The translations under genes were made by a program, and so were the position numbers. 64,000 nt of DNA from Candidatus Fraserbacteria bacterium (GTDB taxonomy: Bacteria > Bipolaricaulota > Bipolaricaulia > RBG-16-55-9 > JAJCYT01), in contig JAJCYT010000018.1 of assembly GCA_029262795.1 (NCBI GenBank), forward strand, positions 3,762-67,761, written 5' to 3'. A model generated the notes under the pieces. It saw only the letters and a program-made list of their open reading frames with translations, did no database searches and was not told the origin of the DNA. Below, piece by piece: positions 37,624 through 48,278 of the stretch (positions are counted from its first letter, which is position 1; each line of letters starts with the position of its first letter).

Positions 37624-38328
37624 TCACTCACCTTTGGATAATTTATTCTTGCGCGGAATGAGATAAGAAAAATCCTGAAAATTGATAAATTTGATGCCCC
37701 AGATAACGGTAATAATCAAAAACGCCCAGGGATCAAACAGCCAGGCAAATAACGGAAATGCAGAATAAAAACTGCGGCCGCCAAGCGTATAACGATGGGA
37801 GGCGCGATTGATCAGGTTGGAAAAATACTTGACTGGATCACCTTGATGTTCTGCGATCAATTCCGAATCTGCCCCAATGATCAAAACAAAATGCCCCAGG
37901 TGCCTCAATGACGTCATGAAAAAGGAAAAGGCCAGAGCAAAAGCAACAATCAAAAGATAGAGCTTCACCCGCAGGGCATCGGGATGTGTAATCCAGGCGT
38001 CGGGTGAAATAATTTGATTTTCCATTTGGGGAATTTGAATCAAAAAATTGGCCGTCAATCCCATCAAAATCAACGAAGAAGACAACAGCACGGAATTGAC
38101 CATGGTCAAATTTCGTGTTTGCTGCGCGGCAGCCATCACATCACGATTATCCAACAATCTTTTGATCCAGGATTCTCTGAATAAATCAAACCGCGTTCGC
38201 TTTGCCTGATTTTTCAACATCCCCACCAGCCAGGGATAAATTCCATGATAGACGGGAAAAATTAAAACAAACAAAATGAAACCAATAATATCTACGGGTG
38301 ATTGAAAAACGGTCAAGAATTCAGCCAT
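37624..38328 (-). CDS. DUF599-like membrane protein
   Basis: 234 aa, multiple TM helices. AGGGAG RBS. Confidence 0.4.
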   Translation of the reverse strand: MAEFLTVFQSPVDIIGFILFVLIFPVYHGIYPWLVGMLKNQAKRTRFDLFRESWIKRLLDNRDVMAAAQQTRNLTMVNSVLLSSSLILMGLTANFLIQIPQMENQIISPDAWITHPDALRVKLYLLIVAFALAFSFFMTSLRHLGHFVLIIGADSELIAEHQGDPVKYFSNLINRASHRYTLGGRSFYSAFPLFAWLFDPWAFLIITVIWGIKFINFQDFSYLIPRKNKLSKGE

Positions 38329-38456
38329 GTTTAGTCTCCCTGTTCATACAGTCATGAACAACTGTTGTCGTTGAAAAACATTAAGGACAGCCATACCTTA
38401 CGGATATCCATCTTTATTTTGCTTTCTTATCATAAAACTGCGGAACGAAAAACCAT

Positions 38457-39278
38457 TCAACGGTTTCCCAGAAAGGAACCCATCCCGATCCAAACAGCGA
38501 ACACGGTGAATAGGGCCACCTCTATTAAATCCACTTCGGCCAAGGTGGTGACCAGCACAAACAAAATCAGCATCACGGCAATTTTTCCCAACAGCAAAAG
38601 CGCGTCCACAATATGCCCACTTTCCCACGCTTCCTTGTCGGAACGCAGACTGAGGACAAAACTGCCCAGCAAAATGATTCCTCCAATCAGCAACATCATC
38701 CACGGTTGTTGATCTGCTGAAACATTGCTGATCACCCATTTGAATGCGGAAGGGGTGAAGAAAAGGATAATCAACGTCATCGCAGTGTCAATGGCATGCC
38801 AGAATGCGGCAGTCACCGGATCAGCCGATTGTCGGGCAGAGAATCCCCAACGCAGTGGGACATCACTTTGCTGTTGCCATTTGGGATAATCCTGCGGCAC
38901 AGCCAGAAACACCATTGCAGTGGAAAAACGCATCAGTTGGTAAGGAATCAGCACATAGAGAAAGGGGATGATGACCGACAAAAATTTGGCTGCGTCCGAA
39001 ATATGTTCCAGATCGACAAACAAATCATCCAGCAATAACGTGAAGCGAAACAACGACCAGCCCGAAAACCCAAATCCTAGTAACAATGATCCCCAGCCAA
39101 ACAGCACCACCCTTAAATTGAGATATTTTCCAATTTCAGCATCCCTGTCATACAAAGCTGAAAATCGACCCAATAAGGGATAACGCACCAACTGCACCAC
39201 CAATACCGCAACCGTAGACACCACGAACAAGCCGATGGCCAACCCAAACGGCACCCAGGCAAGATGGATGGGCGTCAT
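38457..39278 (-). CDS. Polytopic membrane protein, unknown function
   Basis: 273 aa, about 7 TM helices. Start overlaps the MBL gene stop (operon). Confidence 0.4.
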   Translation of the reverse strand: MTPIHLAWVPFGLAIGLFVVSTVAVLVVQLVRYPLLGRFSALYDRDAEIGKYLNLRVVLFGWGSLLLGFGFSGWSLFRFTLLLDDLFVDLEHISDAAKFLSVIIPFLYVLIPYQLMRFSTAMVFLAVPQDYPKWQQQSDVPLRWGFSARQSADPVTAAFWHAIDTAMTLIILFFTPSAFKWVISNVSADQQPWMMLLIGGIILLGSFVLSLRSDKEAWESGHIVDALLLLGKIAVMLILFVLVTTLAEVDLIEVALFTVFAVWIGMGSFLGNR

Positions 39279-40243
39279 GTCGCCTCGTAATAAATGATGT
39301 TTTCTGAGGTGCGCGTTTGCGCTTTTCCTTGATTCACCAGACAGTCCAAATGGCCCACAGCCTCGCTCATGCCCAAAAACTGTTCGGTGGCAGGCAGGTT
39401 GGGAAATAGTTTTTCCATCAGGCCAAAAGCAGTCAATGCTTCTTCTTTAAGCATGTCCAAAACTTTTTTGCTTCGTTTTTCCTGATGTAAAAAACTCTGG
39501 TCAATCACTCGTTGTGGATCGGTGCAAATGTTTCGATGACCGGAAAACACAACCTTTAAATCCAGACGATTGATTTTTTCCAAAGATTCCAAATACAAAA
39601 CCAAACTTTTCGGGCGCTCTGTTTCAGGCGGTTGTGGCATTTCTAAGAGTGGATTGGGCGTGATGCCATCAATAAAATGATCACCTGCAAATAGCCCTTG
39701 ATAGGTCGGCTCATAAAAACACAAAGAAGCCGGACTGTGTCCTGGTGTTTCCAGCACATCGAACTGAAGTGATCCAATCTGAATTTGGTCGCCTTCCACC
39801 AATGTGTCATCCACATCCACAGGAGGAGCCAACAATGAAAAACTTTTTGGAAACTCTGTGAGCATTTGAACCATCTGTGTTGGCATCCCCATCGACACTA
39901 AGAACTCTCCAAAATAATCCTGCTCGCGAAGGTAAAAGCCCTCAAAATCTTTAAGTTTTTCAACAGCATCTGGATGCGCAATCACTTTGCATTCACTGCG
40001 TCGTTTGACTTCCCCTGCCAAGCCAAAGTGATCCATATGCGGATGGGTAATTAACACCTGTTCAATATCTTCAATTTGATGCCCCAAATCGCTGAGTTGA
40101 GATTCGAGTGAAGCCAGCGCTTTTTCTGTGTACGGCCCCACATCAATCAATGTCAATGGCGGACCATCCAACAGATACGCATTGATGGCTCCCACCTGAA
40201 ACGGCGTTGGAATAGGCAGATGATGCACGCCAGGTATCTTCAT
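39275..40243 (-). CDS. MBL-fold metallo-hydrolase
   Basis: HPHMDH (HxHxDH) motif. ETPGHSPASL. 322 aa. Confidence 0.75.
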   Translation of the reverse strand: MKIPGVHHLPIPTPFQVGAINAYLLDGPPLTLIDVGPYTEKALASLESQLSDLGHQIEDIEQVLITHPHMDHFGLAGEVKRRSECKVIAHPDAVEKLKDFEGFYLREQDYFGEFLVSMGMPTQMVQMLTEFPKSFSLLAPPVDVDDTLVEGDQIQIGSLQFDVLETPGHSPASLCFYEPTYQGLFAGDHFIDGITPNPLLEMPQPPETERPKSLVLYLESLEKINRLDLKVVFSGHRNICTDPQRVIDQSFLHQEKRSKKVLDMLKEEALTAFGLMEKLFPNLPATEQFLGMSEAVGHLDCLVNQGKAQTRTSENIIYYEAT

Positions 40244-41790
40244 GATTTGGCTTGCTCTTGCTCGACCAGCACCCGTTTAAGAATTTTTCCGGATGGATTT
40301 TTAGGAATGGCGTCAATGAACTCCAACGCCCGAATCTGTTTGTAGCTGGCCACTTTTTCAGCCACAAAGTCCATCAGCTCCTGTGCTTCAATATCAGCTT
40401 TTTTGACCACAAAGGCCTTGGGCGCTTCGCCACCTTCTGCATCAGGAATACCGATCACAGCACAGTCGGCCACAGCAGGATGCTCAAATAAAAGGTCTTC
40501 GAGCTCAGCAGGTCCAATTGCAAACCCTTTATATTTGATCATGTTTTTGGCACGGTCCATGATGATGACGTGATTGTTTTCATTGATCTTGGCAATGTCG
40601 CCAGTGTGTAACCAGCCGCCAGCCAGAATTTGTTCATTTTCTTCGGGACGTTTCCAATAGCCTTTCATCACCTGCGGGCCACGGATCAGCAATTCGCCGA
40701 CTTCACCCAATGGAAGATCTTCGCCAGTTTCAGGATCGATAATCTTTTGTTCTGTGTCCGATACAGGTGGTCCAACCGTATCAAGATCAATTTGGGCAGC
40801 ATCTATAGGGTGACAATGTGTCACTGGTGAAGCTTCGGTCATGCCATAGCCTTGCATCACCATCACATTCATTTGTTCCTGAAAACGCAACCCAACTTCT
40901 TTGGGCAACGGCGCAGCACCAGACATGATGTATTTGATGCAAGTCCAGTCAATCTGTTGCGCCTCTGGAAGACTGCTATAGAAAACCAGCACGGGTGGCG
41001 CCACATAAAACAGTGTTGGGCGATATTTATGAATATGTTCCAACGTGCCTTTGGGATCAAAGCGTTCCTGCAAAATCAAGGTGGCACCACACATCAAACC
41101 ACCACCCATCAACATGGCACCATAGATGTGATAAAGCGGGAGAAATAACAATAACTTGTCGTTTTCATCAACTTCGCCCGCACCTGCAAACTGAACCCAA
41201 TTGCTGCTGAGGTTGTAATGTGTGAGCATCACGCCCTTTGGATAACCTGTCGTGCCACTGGTAAAAGGCAGGGAAGCAATGTCTTCTTTCGAATTGATGG
41301 ACACACTGGGGGGGTTGGGTTCGTTTGACTCGATCATGGATTGAAAATGAAGCGTGCCTTCCATGGGGGATTGACTGGAAACGATGGCGTTGATGTTTAC
41401 CTCACTTTTAGCGGCCTCGATCACTGGATAAAAATCCTCACGCGTAATCAGGGCAACAGCATCACTTTCCTTATATTGATAGGCAATCTCCCTTTCTTTA
41501 TAGGAAGGGTTCATGGCGCTGGGGGTTGCACCGATCATGGAGGCACCATAGAAGCTGATCACAAACTCGGGAGAGTTGGGCAACAGCAGGCACACTTTAT
41601 CTCCTTGTTTGATGCCGTTGGCATGCAAGGCTGTGGCGAAACGTTTCACCTTTTCGTGCAACTCGCCGTACGTCATTTGCTGATCGTTATAGATCAGGGC
41701 AATGTTGTCGGGTTGGCCCTCGGCCTTGTCGGTAAAGGTTTGGAACAAAGGGACTTCAGGATAATTCAAAGACGGGCGTGCATAAGGCAT
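40240..41790 (-). CDS. Long-chain-fatty-acid--CoA ligase (AMP-dependent synthetase/ligase)
   Basis: TSGTTGYPKGVMLTH AMP-binding motif. GAGGAGG RBS before ATG giving MPYARPS (the ORF track's longer start is rejected). Confidence 0.8.
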   Translation of the reverse strand: MPYARPSLNYPEVPLFQTFTDKAEGQPDNIALIYNDQQMTYGELHEKVKRFATALHANGIKQGDKVCLLLPNSPEFVISFYGASMIGATPSAMNPSYKEREIAYQYKESDAVALITREDFYPVIEAAKSEVNINAIVSSQSPMEGTLHFQSMIESNEPNPPSVSINSKEDIASLPFTSGTTGYPKGVMLTHYNLSSNWVQFAGAGEVDENDKLLLFLPLYHIYGAMLMGGGLMCGATLILQERFDPKGTLEHIHKYRPTLFYVAPPVLVFYSSLPEAQQIDWTCIKYIMSGAAPLPKEVGLRFQEQMNVMVMQGYGMTEASPVTHCHPIDAAQIDLDTVGPPVSDTEQKIIDPETGEDLPLGEVGELLIRGPQVMKGYWKRPEENEQILAGGWLHTGDIAKINENNHVIIMDRAKNMIKYKGFAIGPAELEDLLFEHPAVADCAVIGIPDAEGGEAPKAFVVKKADIEAQELMDFVAEKVASYKQIRALEFIDAIPKNPSGKILKRVLVEQEQAKS

Positions 41791-42052
41791 GTGCAACCTC
41801 CTCAAAAGTGTGTCTGCACCTACACCATAAAAACAATCCACTCAAATTGTCAATAGAGATGTACAAAACCCTCAAGGGGTAACCTTAATTTCCCCGTGAC
41901 GCGAGTTACATACGTTGGGGACACGCGTCCCTATAATCTCGGACAATACGGCGGCCAGAATTCTGTTTGTGGCCGTGGCTTTGGTCTTGCAGCTACCCAT
42001 AAGCGGCCAGATCAAATAATTGACCAAGCAACATAACCGAAGGAGGTTACTT

Positions 42053-44401
42053 GTGGTGGGAAAAGTAACGTTGAGTTTTCTCGTAGCGATTTTATTGTTT
42101 GCCAGCCCTAGCGTCTGGGCTTCTCAGAACGGGCCGGTTTTCTTTGTGGATGATGACAATCCGCCCAGCGACGACTGTGACGGTGACTTCCACTTTCATT
42201 CAATTGCAGCGGTGTTTGCCACGCTGAATAATCCCAATGCCTTTCCTAAATTGGACGAAAACGACACGGTTGTCGTTGATCCAGGGAATTATTCCACGTC
42301 GGTCACCTATGCTGCCGGCGAGTGTCAGGACATTTCCGCAAGCGCCATTGACATCTCTAAAAAAGGTGTGACGCTGGAAGCGCCTGAAGGCCGTGATTTG
42401 ACCAAGTTTGCAGGTCAGATCATCATCAACGCCAAAGAAGTGAAAGTGATTGGTTTGGACGTGGATGCCACGGGTCAGGCCAGCGCCTTTTTGGTGCTCA
42501 ACGACAACGTGTTGTTGGACGCCAACAAAGCCCACAACGCCAATGAAGCCGGTATTGTGGTCGACGAAGGCAGCGACAACGTCACCGTAACCAACAACGA
42601 AGTGTTTAATAACGGCACCGACGGCGTGTACGTTCGCGGCGACAGCGATAGCACCACCATCAGCGCCAACCAAATCCGTAGCAATGGCGCCATTGGCGTT
42701 CTTGTGTACGGTGCCAGCGATCGTGCGATTATTGAAGACAACCAGATCAGCCTGAACCAGAGCGAAGGTGTGAAGGTGCAGGATTCTGATTTTGCCGAAG
42801 TGTCAAGCAACACAGTGACCAACAATGCATTGGATGGCATTCGCTTTGAAGATGCCAATGACGGCACCATTACAGGCAACGTCATCAGCTCCAGCGGCGG
42901 TTACGGACTGGCCTTGGTGGATTCCGACAGCAACGAAGCCAGTGGCAACAGCACCACCAACAACGACGGTGGCGGCTTGGCCTTGCGCGGTAGCGAACAT
43001 GCATCCAAGCGTAATCTTATTTTACAAAACACCATCACCGACAACATTCGTGCCGGCAGTGAAGGCATCTTGCTTGAAGGCGATGTGACCAGCAACACGA
43101 TTCAAGGCAACGACATCAACAACAACAGCTTTGGGATTCGTTTTAAAACCCCAAGCAGCGGCGGTTCTCCAAGCAACAACACCATCGACAGCAACAACAT
43201 CCTGGGTTCCCCTGAAGATGGCATCGAAGTGTTGGGCAGCGAAGGCCGCAACACGATCAAAGGCAACACCTTGTCCGGCAACAACAAAGCGGGCATCCGT
43301 GTGCTCAATGATTCTGGTAATGATGAATTTAAGAACAACAAAATTTTCAACAACGGTCATCAGGGCATCCTGATCGATGGCAGCCCACGCAACACCGTGG
43401 AAGCCAACGAAATAACCAACAATGGCCGCGAAGGCATCGCGCTGACCAACGGTGCTTCCAACAACAACGTGCTGAGCAACCAGGTCAACGACAACCGCAG
43501 CCAGGGCATCGCCGCAAGTGCGGGTGCCAACGGCAACGACATTGAATCCAATACCGTCAGTGGCAACCGCCAAAACGGCATCCTGCTCGATGGTGTGGAA
43601 AAAGTGGACGTGCGCGGCAACACCGTGGAGCGCAATGTGGCTCGCGGCCTGTCGATTGAAAATGGTAACGGCATTGACGTGGAACACAACACCATCAGCC
43701 GCAACAACACCGGCGGTGTGTGGATTCGTTCCTCTGTTGAATTGGACATTGAACAAAACGACATTTTTGACAACAGCGAATTTGGCTTGGCTGTGGACCA
43801 GGAATGGCCTGCACCTGCCACCATGAGCGACAACTTGAAAGCTGACCGCAACTGGTGGGGCGCTTCCCGTGGCCCTGCAGGTGTGTACGAAGGCAACGGT
43901 AATGCTGTGTTGGGCGTCCATGTGGAACACATTTTCCCTTGGTTGACCGCACCATTCGATTACCTCACCTTGGGCACCACCAGCGGTGAAATCTTTGACG
44001 ACTTTGGCGCAGGCAACCAGTCCGAATTTGTTGCCATGGACAAAGCCGACATTGATGTGAGCTTCTTCAACGTCGACTCCGAAGAAGACGGCATGGTGAT
44101 TGTGTCGAAATTCCAAGATGACAAACCTGAGCATTTGGGTGAGTTGCCTGGCGCCCTTAAAGCCATCAGCTTGCTGGTCAGCGGATTGAACTCCGGTGAC
44201 ACCGTGCTCAGCGTCCAGTTCACTGAAGAAGAACTGAACGGCGCCAACAAAGACACCCTGTCTCTCTACTATTGGGATGGCAACGCTTGGGTGCAGTTGA
44301 GCGGTCGCAGCTTCTCCAACGTGAATCTGGTTGAAGGTGAACTTTCTGTAGAAGCCTTACGTAATGGCGTCACGCTTGCCATTGCGCCAGGTGGTAATTA
44401 A
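42053..44401 (+). CDS. Secreted right-handed parallel beta-helix repeat protein (PbH1/NosD-like), paralogue 1 of 3
   Basis: AGGAGG RBS then GTG. Signal peptide MVGKVTLSFLVAILLFASPSVWA. FFVDDDNPPSDDCDGDFHFHSIAAVF. About 20 Asn/Gly-rich beta-helix coils (N.I.NN...GI). RNWWG..RGPAGVYEGNGNAVLGVHVEHIFPWL. C-terminal LSLYYWDGNAWVQL. Confidence 0.7.
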   Translation: MVGKVTLSFLVAILLFASPSVWASQNGPVFFVDDDNPPSDDCDGDFHFHSIAAVFATLNNPNAFPKLDENDTVVVDPGNYSTSVTYAAGECQDISASAIDISKKGVTLEAPEGRDLTKFAGQIIINAKEVKVIGLDVDATGQASAFLVLNDNVLLDANKAHNANEAGIVVDEGSDNVTVTNNEVFNNGTDGVYVRGDSDSTTISANQIRSNGAIGVLVYGASDRAIIEDNQISLNQSEGVKVQDSDFAEVSSNTVTNNALDGIRFEDANDGTITGNVISSSGGYGLALVDSDSNEASGNSTTNNDGGGLALRGSEHASKRNLILQNTITDNIRAGSEGILLEGDVTSNTIQGNDINNNSFGIRFKTPSSGGSPSNNTIDSNNILGSPEDGIEVLGSEGRNTIKGNTLSGNNKAGIRVLNDSGNDEFKNNKIFNNGHQGILIDGSPRNTVEANEITNNGREGIALTNGASNNNVLSNQVNDNRSQGIAASAGANGNDIESNTVSGNRQNGILLDGVEKVDVRGNTVERNVARGLSIENGNGIDVEHNTISRNNTGGVWIRSSVELDIEQNDIFDNSEFGLAVDQEWPAPATMSDNLKADRNWWGASRGPAGVYEGNGNAVLGVHVEHIFPWLTAPFDYLTLGTTSGEIFDDFGAGNQSEFVAMDKADIDVSFFNVDSEEDGMVIVSKFQDDKPEHLGELPGALKAISLLVSGLNSGDTVLSVQFTEEELNGANKDTLSLYYWDGNAWVQLSGRSFSNVNLVEGELSVEALRNGVTLAIAPGGN

Positions 44402-44539
44402 GACCTGCCTGCAAAACCGATTCAATGCGAACCGGATTTGCAAGGTGGTCACTGGATAAGCAAACGAAACCTTTACGGTTAATGTTGCTCGATTTAGACC
44501 TGAAGCCTAGGTTTAAAACCGATAAATTACAACCACCTT

Positions 44540-44576
44540 CCCCAGAGGGCGTGTGCGCCAGCACCGCCCTCTGGGG
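44540..44576 (+). terminator. Stem-loop (12-bp perfect stem) between beta-helix genes 1 and 2
   Basis: ccccagagggcg-tgtgcgccagcac-cgccctctgggg followed by atcccacccccatagtttt. Confidence 0.4.
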
Positions 44577-44606
44577 ATCCCACCCCCATAGTTTTGGAGG
44601 AGAGGC

Positions 44607-47600
44607 GTGATGAAGGGTTTGGCTTATATCTGGAAGCAACGTTGGGTTTTGGGTTGGGTGCTCATCCTCTTGGGCGCATTCTTAGGGCAGGCCGAAGACG
44701 AAGGCAACACCTTCTTCATCGATCCCAGCTTGTCACAGGAAGAAAACAACGACGGCGATTACCACTTTAGTTCAATTCAGGCAGCGTTTGCAGCAGATCA
44801 GCATCCGCACGTCAACGAAAACGACTCCGTGGTACTCAAGCCGGGAACCTATCAAGAAAATGTTGAGATCAACATTCCAGGTGTGATGGTGCGCGGCGAA
44901 GGCGGCATCTCACAAACCCACATCATCGGCAGTGTGATTTTGTCCGAAGATCAAATCACGCTTCGCGGAATTCATATCGATGCCAGCAACCAGCCCAATG
45001 GTCTGGTAATTCAGGAAGAACTGGCCCGCATCGAAGATGTTTACATCGATCACGCCAGCGACAACGGCATCTTTATCGACGAAGCCTCACGCACACACCT
45101 CAATCGCGTCAAGCTCAACAACCACGGCGCAGCCGGTTTGTTGGCTGTGGAAGCCGATGGACTTCAGGTTGAAAACAGCCAGTTCCAGGCCAATGGCGGC
45201 GCGGGCATCTGGCTGCAATATTCTGAAAACGCATCTATCGAACAAAGCATGTTCAGCCTCAACGGCACGGCTGGTGTTCAGCTCGAAAACAGCAACAACA
45301 GTGTGTTTAGAGACAGCGTGTTTCAGAACAATGGCCAGTATGGCTTAGTGTCGATGGACAGCACACAAAACACATTTAGATTTAATGAATTTAACCACAA
45401 CGGTACCTTTGGTGTGGTGTTTGAAAACAGCGCCCGCTCAACCTTCATCCGCAACGAAGTTCACGACAACGGCGTGGAAGGCACCCCGGCAGGCGGCCTC
45501 ATGCTTGTCGGGCGCAGCGCTGAAAACAAGATTGAAGACAACGACATTCGTGGGCACAGCGCCATTGGTGCAGCAGGCATTTACCTCACAGGCAGTGCCA
45601 ATGCCAATCATTTTGTGGACAACATGATTGTGATCAATCAAGTGGGTGTGATGCTCAGCAACGAAGCAGGCCAGCCAGAGACCAATTTGTTTGAACGCAA
45701 TCATATCGAAGGGTCTCACGGCGCTGGTGTGTTTTCTCAGGGGCGCAACAATGCTTACCGAGAAAACACATTGACACACAACAACGGTCCAGGCTTTTCA
45801 CTCGATCAGGCTGAAGGTGAACTGGTCGAAGCAAACAACATTACAGGCAACAGCGACGCAGGCGTGTATGTAATGCACAGCACACAAGTGAAACTTATTG
45901 CCAACTCGCTCATAGATAATGTCAACGGTTTTGTCGCTGAAGACCTGCAACAGAGCGAACTCCAAGGGAATCAGATTCAGGATAACTTTGGGAAGGGATT
46001 AAAAGTGCTTCGCGGTGGCGCTCTTAAAGTGATTGGCAATCAGATTACTGGCAATCGAGAAGATGGGGTTTGGCTTGAGAACATTGATCAAGCCACCATT
46101 TCTGAAAACATCTTATTCGAAAACCAGGCCGCCGGCGCACAGCTCGAACACAGCAACGGCATTGAGATTTATGAAAACAGCTTTGAAGGCAATCAAGGCG
46201 GTTTGGCCGTTTGGGGTGGCTCTGAAGTCACCGCACAATTCAATAATTTTTTAAACAACACATCTTATGGCTTATGGGCCATGGACGAGGAAAACCTGGA
46301 CGCCCGCTACAACTTCTGGGGCAGCGACCAGGGGCCCAGCGGCGCATCGCCAACCATGTTGTCCTATGACAACGATTTGGTTCGAGAAGTGTCGGTGGAA
46401 AACTTGTTCCCGTGGTTACCTGAGCCAATTTCCTCTATCAACCAGCCTTCGGTCAAGGGGTGGTTTTTCGAACAAACCCCTGCCCAGTCTGTGGTGCACG
46501 CACCCAGGGCAGGGGTTTTGATTGACTTTGAATCAGTCAATTTCAACAAAGGGTGGCTCACGGTGTTTATGCCAATGCAGCGCCCTGACAATGCACCCCC
46601 ATTGGGCACGGAATTTCAACACTTTTCTGTTTCCAGTGGCGGCAAACTCGATGGCACTGTCAAGCTGACCGTGCCATATGATGAAGCAGCATTGGACGAA
46701 ACAATTCCTGTCAGCGACCTGCGCCTGTTCCTCTGGGACGGTGTCGTCTGGGAAGAACTTCCTGGCGAAGTCGACATGCAGGAACACACCTTGTCCGGCG
46801 AAGTCGATGCCAGCCGTTTGCAAAAGGCCACATTAATGTTGGCCTGGGAACAACAGCGTGAATTGAGCAAAGCGGCCTGGGTGTTGACACAGCCCACATG
46901 GATCATGGGTGAAGGATTGAAGGTTCGCCTCAGCGATCCAGACAAGAATTTGAACGAAGATCTTCAGGACCGCTTGATGGGTGCAATTGAAATCATCGAC
47001 CCAGAAGGCCAGTCCATGCTCATGCTCGATGCGTACGAAACGGACAACGCCAGTGGCGTGTTTGAAGTTCAGATTCCAGACAATGCCTTTGAATGGTTGA
47101 TTGAAGACAAAGATTATCAACTGCTCTACGTCGATCCCGAATCACCACAGGATCGCCGTGAAACACAGGTGAAATTGTTGGCACGATCTTCGTTCGTGAT
47201 CGACCCAAACGCTGAAAGTTTGGAAGACATGGACTACGACTTTGAATACAAAACCTTTGACGGCCTGCGCCAAGGCAGTCCATCGCTTAACGCCAATGAA
47301 ACAATTTACTTAAAAGCCGGTCAGCACGAAGGCGATTGGATTATCGAGCAACCTGGCGTGGTGGTGGCCGGTGAGTTGGGTGCCATGTTGAATGGTTCAC
47401 TCACTCTCGCAGGCGACGACATTGTGGTCAAAGGCTTGGCGATTGACAGCCACAGCGACTTGGCCGTGACGGTCAGTGGCAGCAACGTAACGTTTGAAAA
47501 CGTCAGCATCATCAGCCAGGGTGAGGTGGCCTTATCGATCGAGGCACCAAACTTTGTGATGATGTCTTCTCGTATTGAAGGCGAAAATGTTGGCATCAGC

Positions 47601-48257
47601 ACTTATTACGAATTGGAATTTTCTAGCAACATAGTAACGGGTACACCCGCGATCATCAATCATTCTAATGGTGTGCTTAAGGTTGAGCAGAACTGGTGGG
47701 GGTCCTCGGATGGACCCGGAGAAGATGTGCAAGGTCTTACACAGGAGGACATCTTCCCCTGGTTGCTGACCCCCCCAGTCAGCTCGTTTGAAGCGGCACG
47801 CGTGAAGGGCACCAACTGGCAGCATCCCACTGCTGTGGAGCTATTGAGTGACATGGGGCGAGCATTGCTCGAGCTCAATTTCTCCCAATTGTGGACAGGT
47901 ATCTTACAGCTCTTCGGTCAAGGAGGCGGTAGCCTGTTCGTTCTATCTCCAGATTGGTCCCTTCACGTGGGAGCCTCTAATCCAGGCGGTGACATGATTA
48001 TCCAAAGCGATGATCAAGCACCTGAATGGATATCCAAGGACGCCCAGCGTTTCGGCTTGTGGCTCACGCCCCTGCGAAACACAAAATTGGAATTGGTCTA
48101 TAACGGCGATTACATCCCAAGTGCCTGGTGGTATGACAATGGTAAATGGGTGAAGTTAAAACCGACCTTGAAGGGACAAGGAGCCTGGTTTGTGTCGCTC
48201 CCACGTCTCACTGCTGAGACCCCATTGCCCTTGTGGCTGGCCGTGTCTCACCCGTAA
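44607..48257 (+). CDS. Secreted beta-helix repeat protein, paralogue 2 (internally duplicated two-module version, 1216 aa)
   Basis: Signal peptide. FFIDPSLSQEENNDGDYHFSSIQAAF. Two modules, each ending with a WWG..GP.G...PWL motif (aa about 560 and about 1030). LRLFLWDGVVWEEL motif. Confidence 0.7.
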   Translation: MMKGLAYIWKQRWVLGWVLILLGAFLGQAEDEGNTFFIDPSLSQEENNDGDYHFSSIQAAFAADQHPHVNENDSVVLKPGTYQENVEINIPGVMVRGEGGISQTHIIGSVILSEDQITLRGIHIDASNQPNGLVIQEELARIEDVYIDHASDNGIFIDEASRTHLNRVKLNNHGAAGLLAVEADGLQVENSQFQANGGAGIWLQYSENASIEQSMFSLNGTAGVQLENSNNSVFRDSVFQNNGQYGLVSMDSTQNTFRFNEFNHNGTFGVVFENSARSTFIRNEVHDNGVEGTPAGGLMLVGRSAENKIEDNDIRGHSAIGAAGIYLTGSANANHFVDNMIVINQVGVMLSNEAGQPETNLFERNHIEGSHGAGVFSQGRNNAYRENTLTHNNGPGFSLDQAEGELVEANNITGNSDAGVYVMHSTQVKLIANSLIDNVNGFVAEDLQQSELQGNQIQDNFGKGLKVLRGGALKVIGNQITGNREDGVWLENIDQATISENILFENQAAGAQLEHSNGIEIYENSFEGNQGGLAVWGGSEVTAQFNNFLNNTSYGLWAMDEENLDARYNFWGSDQGPSGASPTMLSYDNDLVREVSVENLFPWLPEPISSINQPSVKGWFFEQTPAQSVVHAPRAGVLIDFESVNFNKGWLTVFMPMQRPDNAPPLGTEFQHFSVSSGGKLDGTVKLTVPYDEAALDETIPVSDLRLFLWDGVVWEELPGEVDMQEHTLSGEVDASRLQKATLMLAWEQQRELSKAAWVLTQPTWIMGEGLKVRLSDPDKNLNEDLQDRLMGAIEIIDPEGQSMLMLDAYETDNASGVFEVQIPDNAFEWLIEDKDYQLLYVDPESPQDRRETQVKLLARSSFVIDPNAESLEDMDYDFEYKTFDGLRQGSPSLNANETIYLKAGQHEGDWIIEQPGVVVAGELGAMLNGSLTLAGDDIVVKGLAIDSHSDLAVTVSGSNVTFENVSIISQGEVALSIEAPNFVMMSSRIEGENVGISTYYELEFSSNIVTGTPAIINHSNGVLKVEQNWWGSSDGPGEDVQGLTQEDIFPWLLTPPVSSFEAARVKGTNWQHPTAVELLSDMGRALLELNFSQLWTGILQLFGQGGGSLFVLSPDWSLHVGASNPGGDMIIQSDDQAPEWISKDAQRFGLWLTPLRNTKLELVYNGDYIPSAWWYDNGKWVKLKPTLKGQGAWFVSLPRLTAETPLPLWLAVSHP

Positions 48258-48278
48258 ATTTTTAAAGGACAAATAAAG

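Noticed and set aside
41842-42019. Possible tRNA or ncRNA upstream of beta-helix gene 1
   Set aside because: The sequence has no cloverleaf or conserved T-loop (GTTCRA). It is more likely a promoter/leader.
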